Below the pieces are notes generated by a model, which ran no database searches, was not told where the DNA came from, and was given only the letters and a program-made list of their open reading frames with translations. A DNA stretch of 56,140 nt, the filler included, from Jimgerdemannia flammicorona (taxonomy: Eukaryota), in assembly GCA_003990765.1 (NCBI GenBank). It is 3 parts of 3 records of this genome, joined end to end, with 100 filler letters (N's around TTAATTAATTAA, not from the genome) between each part and the next. Parts side by side here need not be neighbours in the genome. Positions count along the whole stretch, not along the records: positions 1 to 18,650 come from RBNJ01002149.1; positions 18,751 to 37,396 come from RBNJ01002150.1; 1 more part is not named here. One strand, given 5' to 3'. Positions 12,719-23,951 of the stretch are shown here, one piece after another. Positions within the stretch are counted from its first letter, which is position 1; every line of letters starts with the position of its first letter. A program made the position numbers and the translations under genes.

Positions 12719-13641
12719 TAGTGCTCCAAATAGATAGAATTAATCCAGATGAGATTTGATTCAGATTCGTTATGTGATAGATTCAAATCAACTTGGATTG
12801 GTCTTGTAATTTGATCTGGATTGATCTGGATTGATCTATCTGAATTGATCTATCTGGATTGATCTACCCAGATTAATCCATCCAGATTGATCCATCCAGA
12901 TTGATCTATCTGGATTGATCTATCTGGATTGATCCATCCAGATTGATCCACCCAGATTGATCCAGATTGATCCATCTAGATTGATCCATCCAGATTAATC
13001 TATCTGGATTAATTACATGAAATCTTTAATAATATTACCCTTTCTTTTATTCATTTTTCGCTCTGTTTTTTTTTTCCTACTGCACTTTGGTGATATCACT
13101 CTTTCTTTTTGTTCCCTCTCTTCTTTTGTTCTTTGTTCTTTTTTCTTTGTTCTTTTTCTTTTCTGCCACATCATGAGCAAACAAAACAGCAGCTCTTAAT
13201 CATACATTGGTCCAGTCTACTCATTTTTACCCTGCAATAATTGTCAAAAGAGAGAGTATTTGAGGTAGAAACATACTCTCTGCTGATAATGTTAGATTCT
13301 TTCTCATATGGGCAGCACACAAGCTGCTCATTGAGAGTCAAAGAGGCAATGGCAGTAGCAATGGCAGTGGTGATGGCAGTGGCAATAGCAGGGGTAATAG
13401 TGGGGATGAGGGAGAATTCTGGCAATAACTCATGGTAGCCCTTTGGACCTCGGAATTCACAGACCTCATAGCTATGTACACAGCAGCCTTTTTGGAGCAG
13501 CTGATAGTAGTAGATTGCTCATTCTGCTGCCACTTGTGTTTTACTTTTTTTAATTTCCCCCAGTATAACCCAATTCATCTTATGCTTTTTCTTAGGGTAT
13601 AGCAAGATCTGCTGACTTTATTCCCAACATCTGGTCAAGAT
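12719..13641. mobile_element. Older, more decayed terminal 920 bp of the large hAT family
   Basis: Starts TAGTGCTCC, has the GGATTGATCCATCY array, and is collinear with 13642-14453. Interrupted by the second copy after gtcaagat. Confidence 0.88.
12815..13012. repeat. Subterminal ~14-bp tandem array (GATTGATCYATCYR)n; a second array lies at about 13738-13856
   Basis: Directly visible tandem units next to the hAT TIRs, the usual position of transposase-binding repeats. Confidence 0.85.
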
Positions 13642-13993
13642 TAGTGCTCCGAATGAATGGAGTTGATCCAGATGAGATTCAATTCAGATTCGTCATGTGA
13701 TGGATTCGAATCAACTCAGATTGGTCTCGTGATCTGATCTGGATTGATCCATCTGGATAATCCATCTGGATTGATCCATCTGGATGATCCATCTGGATGA
13801 TCCATCCGGATTGATCCATCTGGATGGACCCATCCAGATTGACCCATCCGGATTGAAATCTTTGGTGACATCACCCTTTCTTTTGTTTATTTCGCTCTTG
13901 TTTTTTTTTTTCTGCTGCACTTTAGTGACATCACCCTTTCCTTTGTTTCCTCTCTTTTCTTTGTTCTTTTTCTTTGTTCTTTCCTGCCGCATC

Positions 13994-15432
13994 ATGAGCA
14001 AACAAAACAGCAGCCCTTAATTCATATGTTAGTCCAGTCTACTCATTTTTCACTCTGCAATGATTATCAAAAGAGGGAGTATTTGAGGTGGAAACACACT
14101 CTCTGTTGACAATGTTAGATTCTTTCTCATATAGACAGTACACAAGCTGCTCATTGAGAGCCAAAGGGGCAATGGCAGTGGCGGTGGCGATGGCAATGGC
14201 AGGGATGAGGGAGAATTCTGGCAACAACTCATGGCACTCCTTCGGATCTCAGAATTCACAGACCTCATAGCTATGTACACGGCAGTCTTTTTGGAGCAGC
14301 TGATAGTAGATGTAGGTTGCTCACTTGGCCGCCACTTGTTTACTTGTGTTTATTTAAACTTCCCCAGTATGACCCAATTCACCTCGTGCTTTTCTTAGGG
14401 TCTACAGCTCTATGGCGAGATCTGCTGACTTTATTCGCAACATCTGATCAAGATGAAGAAAGGCTGGTGGACATTGCGGGGCATGCCTTTGGTGGCTGAG
14501 CTGTTGAGTCAATGCATTGCATAGCAGAGGTCTCAAAAGGAACAGAAGCAAGCCTTTGTGAGCAATTCTTGTACAACTCGTACAACTCATTGGCATGCAA
14601 CTCGTCAGCATACAGCTCACTCACTCATACTCTTTTTCTGAAATACCCACCTCTATGTTTTATTTAATTTCATTTTTATGTGGTCTCTCCCTAAAAAACA
14701 CCCACACCCACATGCAACCTACATGCAACCCATCTGCATGCAACCCACCCACACACAACCTGCCTGCAACCCGCCCGCATGCAACCTGCCCACACACAAC
14801 CCATCTGCATACTTATCTTGGTCCCTCAGATCAGGGCTCAGTTCTATTGGAAAGGAGATTTCAAAGTTACCCAAGTTCAACCACATCCAGCATCTGATCA
14901 AATAGAGAAATTTGAGGGCAAGATGTTCAGTGAGTCCTGCCAAAGTGCACGGCGCCCGTGGTGATTCACTGAGAGAAGGGTATTGGGGGGCTCTCTTTAC
15001 AACACATATACTCTTTACAAACACACACTGCTCCAGGGGGGCGGGATAGGATTGGGGGTGTCCTTGACCACCCCCACCCCAATCCTATCCCATCCCAAGC
15101 CTCCCTGTCATAGCTTTTTTTTTAAAAAAAAAAAAAAGAACAAAGATACAGTGTGCACGCGGTATCGCTCATGCGTCATCCACCTAAGAATGATCGGAGC
15201 AACATGGACAACTAAGCAAGTCCACAGTTCATGTGATGAGTTTATACCTCGAGCAACACTGGAGTTTATACCTATCATGACAAATACAGGAGTTCATACC
15301 ACGAGCAACACATCATACCTATCAAGTACCAGCCAATGTGCTAACAGTGACAGTATTATTTTGTAAAAATATGTTCTGTGAATAAAGTCAGGCTACTACT
15401 GGAGAAACCCCGAGTAGTGATGAATCTGAAGG
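13994..15432 (+). pseudogene. Putative N-terminal exons of the hAT cargo gene (13994-14311, 14399-14557, 14830-14929, 15152-15432), unknown domain
   Basis: GT-AG introns whose phases (0,0,1,0) keep one frame into 15513. About a dozen in-frame stops, all explicable by single transitions; for example a TAG here is TGG in the older copy near 13308. Confidence 0.45.
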
Positions 15433-15512
15433 GTGGTTTCGGTCTCTTGAAAAAGAGTCGATCCCTTATTCTTAACCTTGAAACCGAAAAAAAAAAAAAA
15501 AAAAAAAGCAAG

Positions 15513-16672
15513 ATGTTCAGCATGAGTAGTACTAGCATCGTCATCAAGGCTTGGGGGTCTATATTCGAATCAGAGCCAATCATACTCGACCAAGGGGTCC
15601 ATTGGCTAGCAGGAGTAACCAACGACGAAGAGAACCATATCTTTATTAATAAATATGGAGAGGTGGTTGCGATGGTGGTAAGAAACCTCTATGGCGACAA
15701 GCTTCGCCGCCACATCAACGAGATTTGTGAGGATTGCATCAAATACCAAGTGGCAGGAAAGAGGGGGTGAAAAAAGCAAGGAGGGGGGGTTTGGATGGGA
15801 ATTGGGTATACTGCAACACTGGCGAAGAGTGGGTTCTGGAGTTCCGAAATCCCCCACACTCATCTCCCTTTTTTTTTTTAACCTCTCCCCAGATAAATCA
15901 CACTCTTCACTGACACACTCTTTTTTGATACAAATCCAGGGATGCACAAGATTCTGTACCCCTACCAGAACTTTAGAAGTACCGTCAAAGAGCAAACTGC
16001 GTGCGAGCATAACATGGCCTGTGTGGCGATGGCAGCTATGATCTGGGGTTCTTTAAGCAGATTGGTAGAGTGTATGGCAGGCCAGCTTGGTGGTGATCTC
16101 GGTGCAGCTGTACATATATTCTTGGCACAATTTGGTGTACTGTATGAGGTGAGGAGCTCTGCTTTTTTGGGGTGCTGCAGCCTGGGGGGTTTTTGTGGCC
16201 CGGGGGGTTTCTGCCCCCCTGAACACAAAAAGGACTGACCAGTTGCCATCCATTTTGACAGGTTTCCAAGCTGGGGCTCCTGGGGCTGGACCAAGGGCAG
16301 GCATCCACCAGCACAGCCTGGCAGTATGAGGTCCTGGACCAAGGGTTCACCCAACCATATGCTCGCATCACATCAGGATATGTCAGGTGCAACCTTTCTC
16401 TACCCATACACACAGACAATAATGTCACCCCAGTAATGTTTTATGTCTCAGAAAGAAAGGGCCCAACCTGGGAGGATAGTGGTGGAGTCTGGTACAACCT
16501 CACCTACAGTTTTGGGGTCCCATTTGCAGCCAATACAGCCATCCTATTCCAACCACACAACCACCACGGCACCATCACCTTCGAGGAGAGCTCGGACACA
16601 ATACTTGTCACACTCACAACAGATGATAGGCTCATCAAGGCCTGGGACCAGCGGGTGGAGCAGTTTTTGTGA
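15513..16672 (+). pseudogene. 2OG-Fe(II) dioxygenase, TET/JBP-like; exons 15513-15828, 15940-16148, 16262-16672 (311 aa, one internal TGA at 15768-15770)
   Basis: Spliced translation ...VAGKRG*KKQGGGVWMGIGY...ITSGYVRCNLSLPIHTDNNVTPVMFYVS...SGGVWYNLTYSFGVPFAANTAILFQPHNHHGT...DRLIKAW. HxD at 16409-16417, distal HHGT at 16562-16573. Introns have GT..CTGAC..AG and are in phase. Confidence 0.72.
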
Positions 16673-16954
16673 GGGTTAGGCAATCTTTCATGAGGAGTAG
16701 GCAGCCATTTTGTGCGGGTTGGGCAGTCTTATGTGGGGGGGTTGGGCTGGGCACCTCTTATGTAGCACTAGCTTAGTCATTATGCAGGGCCCTACTGGCC
16801 CCTCAGCCCTGCTCTGTAGTGCTGCCAGTGCGGTGCTGTAGTGCAGGGGCAGGGTGTCTGTGGGACCTGAACTGGCAACTTTGACTGCCGGAAATGCCCT
16901 CCGACCACCAGAAGCACCCTCCGACTGCCAGAAGCACCCTCCGCCCCAGACTCC

Positions 16955-17420
16955 TTGGCAGCTTGGGGCTGCCCCTATGCCGCTGGTGGAGGGCCACAAA
17001 TTTTGCATGCTCCCTCTGCCTGCCCTGCCCGTCCTGGACACTTGTGGCTTGGGGCTGCCCCTTGCTGCCAGCAGAGGGCTGCAAATTTTTGCGTGCTCCC
17101 TCTGCCAACCCTGCGCCTGCCAACCGACCCTGCCCACTGATCCGGGCACTGACAGCTTGGGGCTGCCCCTTGCTGCTGGCAGAGGGCCACAAATTTTGCA
17201 CGCTCCCTCTGCCTACCCCCCTGACCTGGACACTTGCGGCTTGGGGCTGCCCCTTGCTGCTGGCAGAGGGCTGCAAATTTTGCATGCTCCCTCCGCTGAC
17301 CCACCCACCACCCACTGACCTGCCCACCAACCCACCCACCAACCCGGACACTGGCAGCTTGGAGCTGCTCCTTGCTGCTGACTGAGGGCCGCAAATATTG
17401 TGTGCTCTCTCCACTGCCAC
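16955..17420. repeat. GC-rich minisatellite, five copies of a ~57-bp core with variable linkers
   Basis: Core cttggggctgccccttgctgctggcagagggcYRcaaattttgcaYgctccctctgcc starts at 16962, 17048, 17156, 17240 and 17358. Confidence 0.9.
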
Positions 17421-17551
17421 TGCCAACTCCACCCCACTTTGGCCGCAAACTCTGGGCCAAGTCCTCAGGTTTTTTTTTTCCTTTTTTATTATTTTGAAAG
17501 GTATTAAATATTTCACAAGGCCAACCAACTTATCCATGAACCTGCTGAATT

Positions 17552-18620
17552 TTAGTGGCCTGAGCCCCACCAAGACTTCAGACACATATATGCCCAGATT
17601 GTCTTAGCATTCAGCACACACCTCTTTGGGGCAATGAGGTCCACCCCACCTGAGAACACCCACTCGATGGGAGTGCTAGAGGCAGGAATCGCCAGGTAGT
17701 CTCGAGCCATACCATATAGGCTAGGGAAGTCCATTTGACGCAGCTGCACACCCCAGTGGGTAGAGCAGTAATTAGATTGGTGGGTTAGATTGGTGGGTTA
17801 AATTGGCCCAACGCCTGCCTGACAACCCACCTTCCACCAGTTGAGCACCTCTGTGCCCTCCAGCAGGACCACGCGGTCGCTGGCGAGATAAATAGTAAGT
17901 TTGTCTATTGATGGCAGCTCTTCCACTGATGGCTCCCTCTTCTTCTTTCTGCCAAAGTAAATGTGGGACAGGAGGGATCCCTTGGCATATTCATCTAGAC
18001 TTTAGCTGGAATCTTGCAGCGGTGCATAGTTTTTCCAGTATACTTCAATTATGGCCTGCTTAGTTCTCTCAATGAAGTGCTGCTCCCAGCCCTGATCTTT
18101 ATGGTATTGTAGCTTTAAGCGTGGGTCCAGCACTGTTCGAAGAAAAGGAGAGTGAGTTTTTGCAGAGTTTTCTCTGCTTTGGAAGGGGCAATGGCCACAC
18201 ACTAACATCGACATACCTGTACTGATTGAGTATACGGTGGTATCTGTTTGGGAGTAGTATTTTCTAAGCTTGCTTAGAGCAACCTCCACAGTGTCTCTCT
18301 GATCTGGGCTTAACCATAAATCACCGCAACCCTCCAGCCTATCCTTGAGCTTGTCCTCTAGCCAGTCGATCAGAAGGTTGTATACCAGTATTGCAGAGCT
18401 TATTGTCGGGGTCATTTGTTTGACTATATCCTTCGTACAATCATTGAAACACTGGCAGTTATATGTGGTGAGGTGTTGCATTGTGTGGAGGCAGACAAAA
18501 TGAGTGTGGAGCCAGGGCAACCACCACTTACTTCCAAAACTCTGACAATATTCCTAAGTATGTCCCACTCACTTTCACCTAGAGCCTTGGCCCATATTTC
18601 CTTATCGGCAGCCATCGTTG
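17552..18620 (-). pseudogene. hAT transposase C-terminal half with dimerisation domain; introns 18452-18531, 18133-18216, 17744-17830; one stop at 18002-18004
   Basis: Spliced translation EWDILRNIVRVLE|CFNDCTK...TPTISSA...KLRKYY...SIST|VLDPRLK...EVLNWWK|LRQMDFPSLYGMARDYLAIPASSTPIEWVFS...LNAKTIWAYMCLKSW. These are canonical hAT motifs (W in the ERxFS position fits CGG>TGG decay). Confidence 0.93.
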
Positions 18621-18650
18621 AATCTATTGGCTTTTTTTTTTTTTTTTTTT

Positions 18651-18750
18651 NNNNNNNNNNNNNNNNNNNNNNNNNNNNNNNNNNNNNNNNNNNNTTAATT
18701 AATTAANNNNNNNNNNNNNNNNNNNNNNNNNNNNNNNNNNNNNNNNNNNN
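18651..18750. other. Assembly gap with artificial six-frame-stop linker TTAATTAATTAA
   Basis: 44 N + TTAATTAATTAA (18695-18706) + 44 N; identical structure at 37397-37496. Confidence 0.97.
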
Positions 18751-19242
18751 GCCTCAGGGACGAGACCATCCATTCAGGAGGAAGTTGTGATGGTACAGCC
18801 AGATTTGGAAGAAGGAAATAGGGAATAGACACTTGATCGCACCCATTCCCAAAGTAGTATAGCATTATAGTTAGCAGCCACGATTTCGACATTGTCTAAT
18901 TTCTTAGACATTATCCAAATCGAATACCCCGATTTAGTATAGCATTTAGACATTATCCAAATGTTTCGACAAAGTCCAAATGACTCATTTATTACTTAGC
19001 CACCCTCTCATAGCTAGCAAACTTGTATAAATAACCCAGTATCTTCGAGTGAATAAACCTCAGATCGAAATAGTTCAAAGCAAAGAGATAGCAAAGGAAC
19101 TAGTAAGCCTGTGGGCAGATACACTTCGAACTCACCCACTCTCCCCTGCAACTTCAAGAGACTCTGCGAGAGTCAGAACAGTCAAGTTTTCAAGATACAG
19201 AAATCCGACGTACTTTCAAGAGTAAGCGTCCACTATGTTACA
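18751..19242 (+). mobile_element. 3' end of an LTR retrotransposon (family C): PPT plus 457-bp LTR 18786-19242, inserted in the family B 5' LTR
   Basis: PPT aggaggaagt precedes TG...CA; TATAAATA at about 19026 and AATAAA at about 19052. Family B LTR sequence resumes at 19243. CpGs retained. Confidence 0.8.
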
Positions 19243-19256
19243 ACATATACACAAAC

Positions 19257-20370
19257 ATAACCACTGAGATCTACAACTACATCTGTACTGACATTTGGAA
19301 TGCTATTGTCAACTGAGCCACACCCTCTCTGCTTCTCATGAATATCCATAGCTTAGCACTCCTCTACTTTGTGGAAGCCCAATGGAATGCCCTGAACATG
19401 CTTAGTGAGGCCCACTGAATCAGACAAATCTCAAGCTACTACCAGATTAGCCACCTCTTAGAAGATATGGTCGAACACCACTATAATACAGACATTACCT
19501 AGATGTCTCAATACCAGAAACTTATTACTTGCAAACACCAAGAACTCTTTTATGAGTATAGCACTATTATTCCCCACCTCTAAGTTACTACTACTGATAT
19601 GGTCACTATCCTGTCCTATGGCCAAATAGATGACATGATACAAGAACTCAACTACAAGTATCTCAAGCATGTTCAGACCATAGACAGAACCTTCCCACAC
19701 TCCAATGATCATATCTTGCAGATGCCCCAAGTCAGATATGCTATAAAGGATGTCTATGATATAATCCAATTTAATGAAGATGAAGCAGAAGACAATGATC
19801 CCTCTGATGCCAACATGACCTCCAGCCAAGGATCTCTACCAACCCTGATCACTCTGCCAACCTTACCGATGAACTTATAATAGTTCATAACTACCTATAA
19901 GACTTATTGGGACAATGACCACTGGTATAAGTACCAACCTGCATTTATCTCTAATTACTTCAACTATAATGATGAGACTGGAGAATACAATCTGTACCTT
20001 CAGACAGCCCTCAAAATTGAACCAACAACCCCACCACCTGAGTATGAGCAACATGAAGAACAACTGCCAGCATACTATAACCCTGCAACTCATAGTGCTG
20101 TTACCTATAGAAGGTATGCAGACAGCAAATCCAATGAAAGTGAAGATAATGCACCCCTTCTCTGCTCACCAACATCTTATCCAGCATACAAGACAGATGA
20201 TGCTATTCTGTGGGATGGCAATGAAGTCCCAATATATTATTACCTCAGTACACAAAGAGAAGTAATCTGTGAACAACTCTTCCTAGACAACTACTTTATC
20301 AGAGATAATATCATCAATAGTGATACATATCATCAAAGACTACTCAGATAGTGTCTAAATCTATAAATAG
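19257..20370 (+). pseudogene. Unknown ORF (~370 codons) inside the U3 region of the family B LTR
   Basis: One frame from (M)TTEIYNYICTDIWNAIV through MVTILSYGQIDDMIQELNYKYL to YKTYWDNDHWYKYQP...DAILWDGNEVPIYY. Some stops are sense codons in other copies (TAA TAG here, QQ in copy 1). ATG intact in copies 1 and 3. Confidence 0.65.
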
Positions 20371-20547
20371 CTTAGCAGTTATAGTATAGTTAGATTAGCC
20401 TTATACAACATAACTGTGAACTGACTTAGTAGTCAGACAATCTCTTGATATATCAGATCACACTTATACTATATGACTGCATTCCAACTCAGCAAAGTAC
20501 TAAGTGCTACATCTATATCTAGCATAGTCCAGATAGCCTCTCATTAG

Positions 20548-20676
20548 TATAAATACCCCCTCCTCCAGACCTCAGAATCTCAGACTCAAATACATAAGAA
20601 TATTCCTGAACACTTCTCCACAATATCCCTTCATATAACTACTTCTAGTATAGCAATATCATGAATAGTGAATAAA
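20548..20676 (+). promoter_or_regulatory. Family B LTR TATA box (20548-20555) and poly(A) signal (20671-20676)
   Basis: AGTATAAATACCCC and GTGAATAAACCT are conserved in the LTR copies. Confidence 0.65.
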
Positions 20677-21037
20677 CCTATTTAATAACCAACAAACCAC
20701 TCTTAAGTAAATCTGCTCTCCATTAGGTCCTACTCCTAACCCTATTATGAAATTTCCTAATTGGGAATTGTCTATAGCAATATGCTGATTCAACTAAGCT
20801 AGTCTTAGTTTCTTAAACTTCCTGAAATATAGAAAATCCTGAACATCCAGAACTAGTCCAAATAAGAACTTTAGTTGAGACATTAACCTAATCTTGAAAT
20901 CAATAAGTGTTAAGGATATACTCTATATAAAATTGATCTTGACCTTAAGAAAACAGTCTTCCAGAATATCCAAAACTTCCAGAAAACCCTTCCAGAACTA
21001 CATAATAGTTATCCTAATAAGTAACCCTCTTATAACT

Positions 21038-21049
21038 TGGTAGCAGCAG
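21038..21049 (+). promoter_or_regulatory. Primer binding site, compatible with initiator tRNA-Met
   Basis: TGGTAGCAGCAG lies 3 nt after the LTR end. TGGTAGC matches the 3' end of eukaryotic iMet tRNAs (inference). Confidence 0.7.
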
Positions 21050-23054
21050 TTTATAATCCAATTCTGCTTCAAGATACTTCCTTACTCCACTACAAACCCC
21101 TCTGAGAATTCCTACAAGTTGGTATAAAGCCCAACCTCTGAACTGGAATTTATCCTGAACCATCTGAAAATCTGGAGAGAATTAAACTGGATGTACAAGG
21201 ACAATTTGACCTCTACACCTACAATAAGTGAGACAGACTTCACTCAAAGAAAGAAGTACTCCAATTAAATCAGCAGATAGGTGAAACCCTATACACCAAA
21301 CTCCTTGCTCTACACCCTGCAAGTCAAGATAAAGAAGGTTTTATAGAAGCCTTCTTTACTCTTCTCAACAAGAGTTTTGTCAGCTCCACAAATCTGAGTG
21401 ATTTAGGACAACCAGCAGCAGTCTTTCTAGCCTTAGTTCCTCATAAAGCCCAAGCCTCTATAGCCAAGTAGCTCAACTCTACTGACTTTCACTATACCAG
21501 GACCAAGACTACATTATACTACCGATTCTAGAACAGCAAGGTCCACTATATTCTTAAAGAAGAAGTAAGGGAAACCCTTTATCAACAACCTGATCCCAAA
21601 CCAGAAGCAGGCCCAGCTACAGCTCTATCTGAACCTGAAACCAATACTGAACCAGAACTTGACTTTGAATTAAGTCCATCTGAAATCAGATATACAACTG
21701 ATTCTATCTACTTTAATGCTGAGCAAACCCAACTACATGGGGACCAAGCTGAAGAGGAGGAGGAGTATTTCAGTAAATTCAATCCCAGATATACTACCAA
21801 AGGAGACACACCTCTATTAGGACAGAATACACCTATATAGTAACAGATAGCCATCTATCAAGCCCTTACTCCAGACCTACAACTATTACTCCAACAACTT
21901 ACACAGACTTAAAGAACACTATTACACTCTGCACTAGTACCTCAAGTAGTACCAGTAACACCACTACCAGTAGTCCAACTGCCTCCAGCAAACAAAATAG
22001 CAAATTAACAGATTTTAGACCTTACAGTCCAGGTAGCCATAATGGCAGCAACCATTACTGCCTTAACTGAACAGACCCAACCAACCAAAAATCTGAGCCT
22101 ACCTACCTTCAATAGTATTGTACAGGAAGTCTAAAGCTTCATTAGTATAGTTGACACTAACTTCAAAACCAATCAATAGACCAATGAGTGAGTTGCTGAC
22201 TGCCTTCTGACAAACAATCAAGACCACACTCTGGAACAACTTTTTGTTACCACTATAGCCTATGTCTGCTGAGTTGTTACATTCTTCTGAGGACGTATCA
22301 AAGAATGGTGGTGAACCCTTCCTGAAAAACCCCTCATAGGACACCCAATCTGCAGTTGTTGTCCAAAATACAGCAAACAATGCCCCAGGATATGGAGCCC
22401 ATCCTACAGCCCCTGGACTGAAATAACTCATAATTGCTTAATACTACAGTGAAACCATGATTGCCAAATCTTGAGTTAAACTCTGCAACCTCAAATTTAA
22501 TGTATATGGCAAGGAGGAATTCAAAACCTTCTATACAAAACTCAAGTCACTTCTAAACACTGTTGGCCTAAGATATATTGCCAATGATGAAGCACAAAAT
22601 GATACAAGAGCAGACCACTTATTTGATGCACTACCTGATGGCTTACAAGGAAAATCCAAGAACAAGGATGCCCAGTTGGTTGTGACTACCAACAATGATG
22701 CCTGGCAAGAATCAAGACTATGGTCAAGTGAATTCTGAAAGCTGGACCAATTCTGCTCTGAAGACAATTTAACAATAAGGAAAAAACTTGAACCAAGAAA
22801 GAAGAACCCAAGTATAAAGCATCCTGAGCTCTGTCCACATCCACCTCTTGGACACCCTGAAATCATGAATACACCCAGCCAAGCACCTTTAAGAAACTTA
22901 CTGAAGGAGAAAGAAATGAACTTCGAAGAAGCAGAGTATGCTTCTATTGTCAAAAGATAGGATACATGGTCAGTGCCTGCCCCAATCAAAAACCCCAAAC
23001 AGCAATACAAGCAACTATTACTACTCTGTACCACCTCAATAACCTGCCTACCAG

Positions 23055-23470
23055 AATACTGAACTTTGTCAAGTTAAGGCAAACTGCCAAGACCCTGACT
23101 AAAGAAAGTCAAAAGACAGCTAGATATGATCTATATGTAGCTGAAGGAGCTATAGTTTCCAACTGAGAAGTCAAGTAAGTCTATATAGGAATCAGTATCC
23201 AAATCCCTGAAGGACATATTAGAAGGATATGCTGTTGCAGCAGCCTAGCATTAAAAGAACTCTCAGTAAAAGGAGGAGTCATTGATGAAGATTATACAGA
23301 TGAAATTATCATTCTCATCCAAAACCATAGTTGGACACCCTTCAAGATCCCCATTGATTTCTATATCATACAGATCCTATTTGAGAAAATTGAGTCAACT
23401 CTGATAGTTAAAGAAGTCCTTGAACTACTACTCACCATCTGAGGATCCAAAGGATTTGGCTCATCAAACA
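23055..23470 (+). pseudogene. dut: dUTPase domain of family B (between gag zinc knuckle and protease)
   Basis: ARYDLY...GISIQIPEG...SSLALKELSVKGGVIDEDYTDEI...QILF...GSKGFGSS covers motifs I-V; also present at about 36670-37080 (-). Confidence 0.9.
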
Positions 23471-23951
23471 AGGCCCCAACTCAACCTACTATTAATAAAG
23501 AAGAACAATTCTATAAGAAAATTGAAGATAGATATATACCCAGTGGCCAATATCCTCATGACATTAGAATGTACTCTTCCTGAATGATCAATGATTGCTT
23601 CTCTTGTATCAATGAACTGACTCAAAGAAGAACCAACAAAAGAAAAGCTCTTACAATTGAAATCACCACTATTAGATCAGACAAACTGCTTATATTTCAA
23701 GCCTTTGTCAACTGAGTATCTGTCGAGATTATGATAGATAGTGGTGCCTCAGGCAACTTCATCAATGAAGAAACAGCCAACAGACTCAAGGTCCTGATAT
23801 CTCTGGTACAATAAACTCAAGCAGTTGCTATAGCTAATAGAACCTCTCATATCATTAGCAAGGAAGTCTGCAACCTGCCCTTCTGAATTAGTGACTACCA
23901 AGTACATGTTACCCTCCAGATTGTACCACTTTCTGACAATGAAATCATCCT

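Larger units (their letters stand above)
13642..18650 (-). mobile_element. Large hAT DNA transposon (transposase plus cargo gene); other end lost in the gap
   Basis: TIR TAGTGCTCCGAA shared with the 8-bp-TSD MITE. hAT transposase at 17552-18620. No internal insertion junction seen between TIR and transposase. Confidence 0.8.

Noticed and set aside
12815..13012. Short tandem repeats as telomeric or CRISPR repeats
   Set aside because: No spacers, internal position, adjacent to hAT TIRs: subterminal transposon repeats.
16955..17420. Repeat-spacer pattern resembling a CRISPR array
   Set aside because: Eukaryotic transposon context, degenerate ~57-bp repeats, linkers related to each other and uneven in length, no cas genes.
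16688..17585. Many overlapping long ORFs on both strands (up to 260 aa)
   Set aside because: By-product of the stop-poor GC-rich minisatellite; no protein motifs.
13642..18650. CpG retention as proof that the cargo dioxygenase protects the element
   Set aside because: The MITE, the family C LTR and the 54842 LTR also retain CpG, and the cargo itself has deamination-type stops; younger age suffices.
18695..18706. Perfect palindrome TTAATTAATTAA (also 37441-37452)
   Set aside because: Artificial scaffold linker centred in N runs; continuity across the gaps cannot be assumed.
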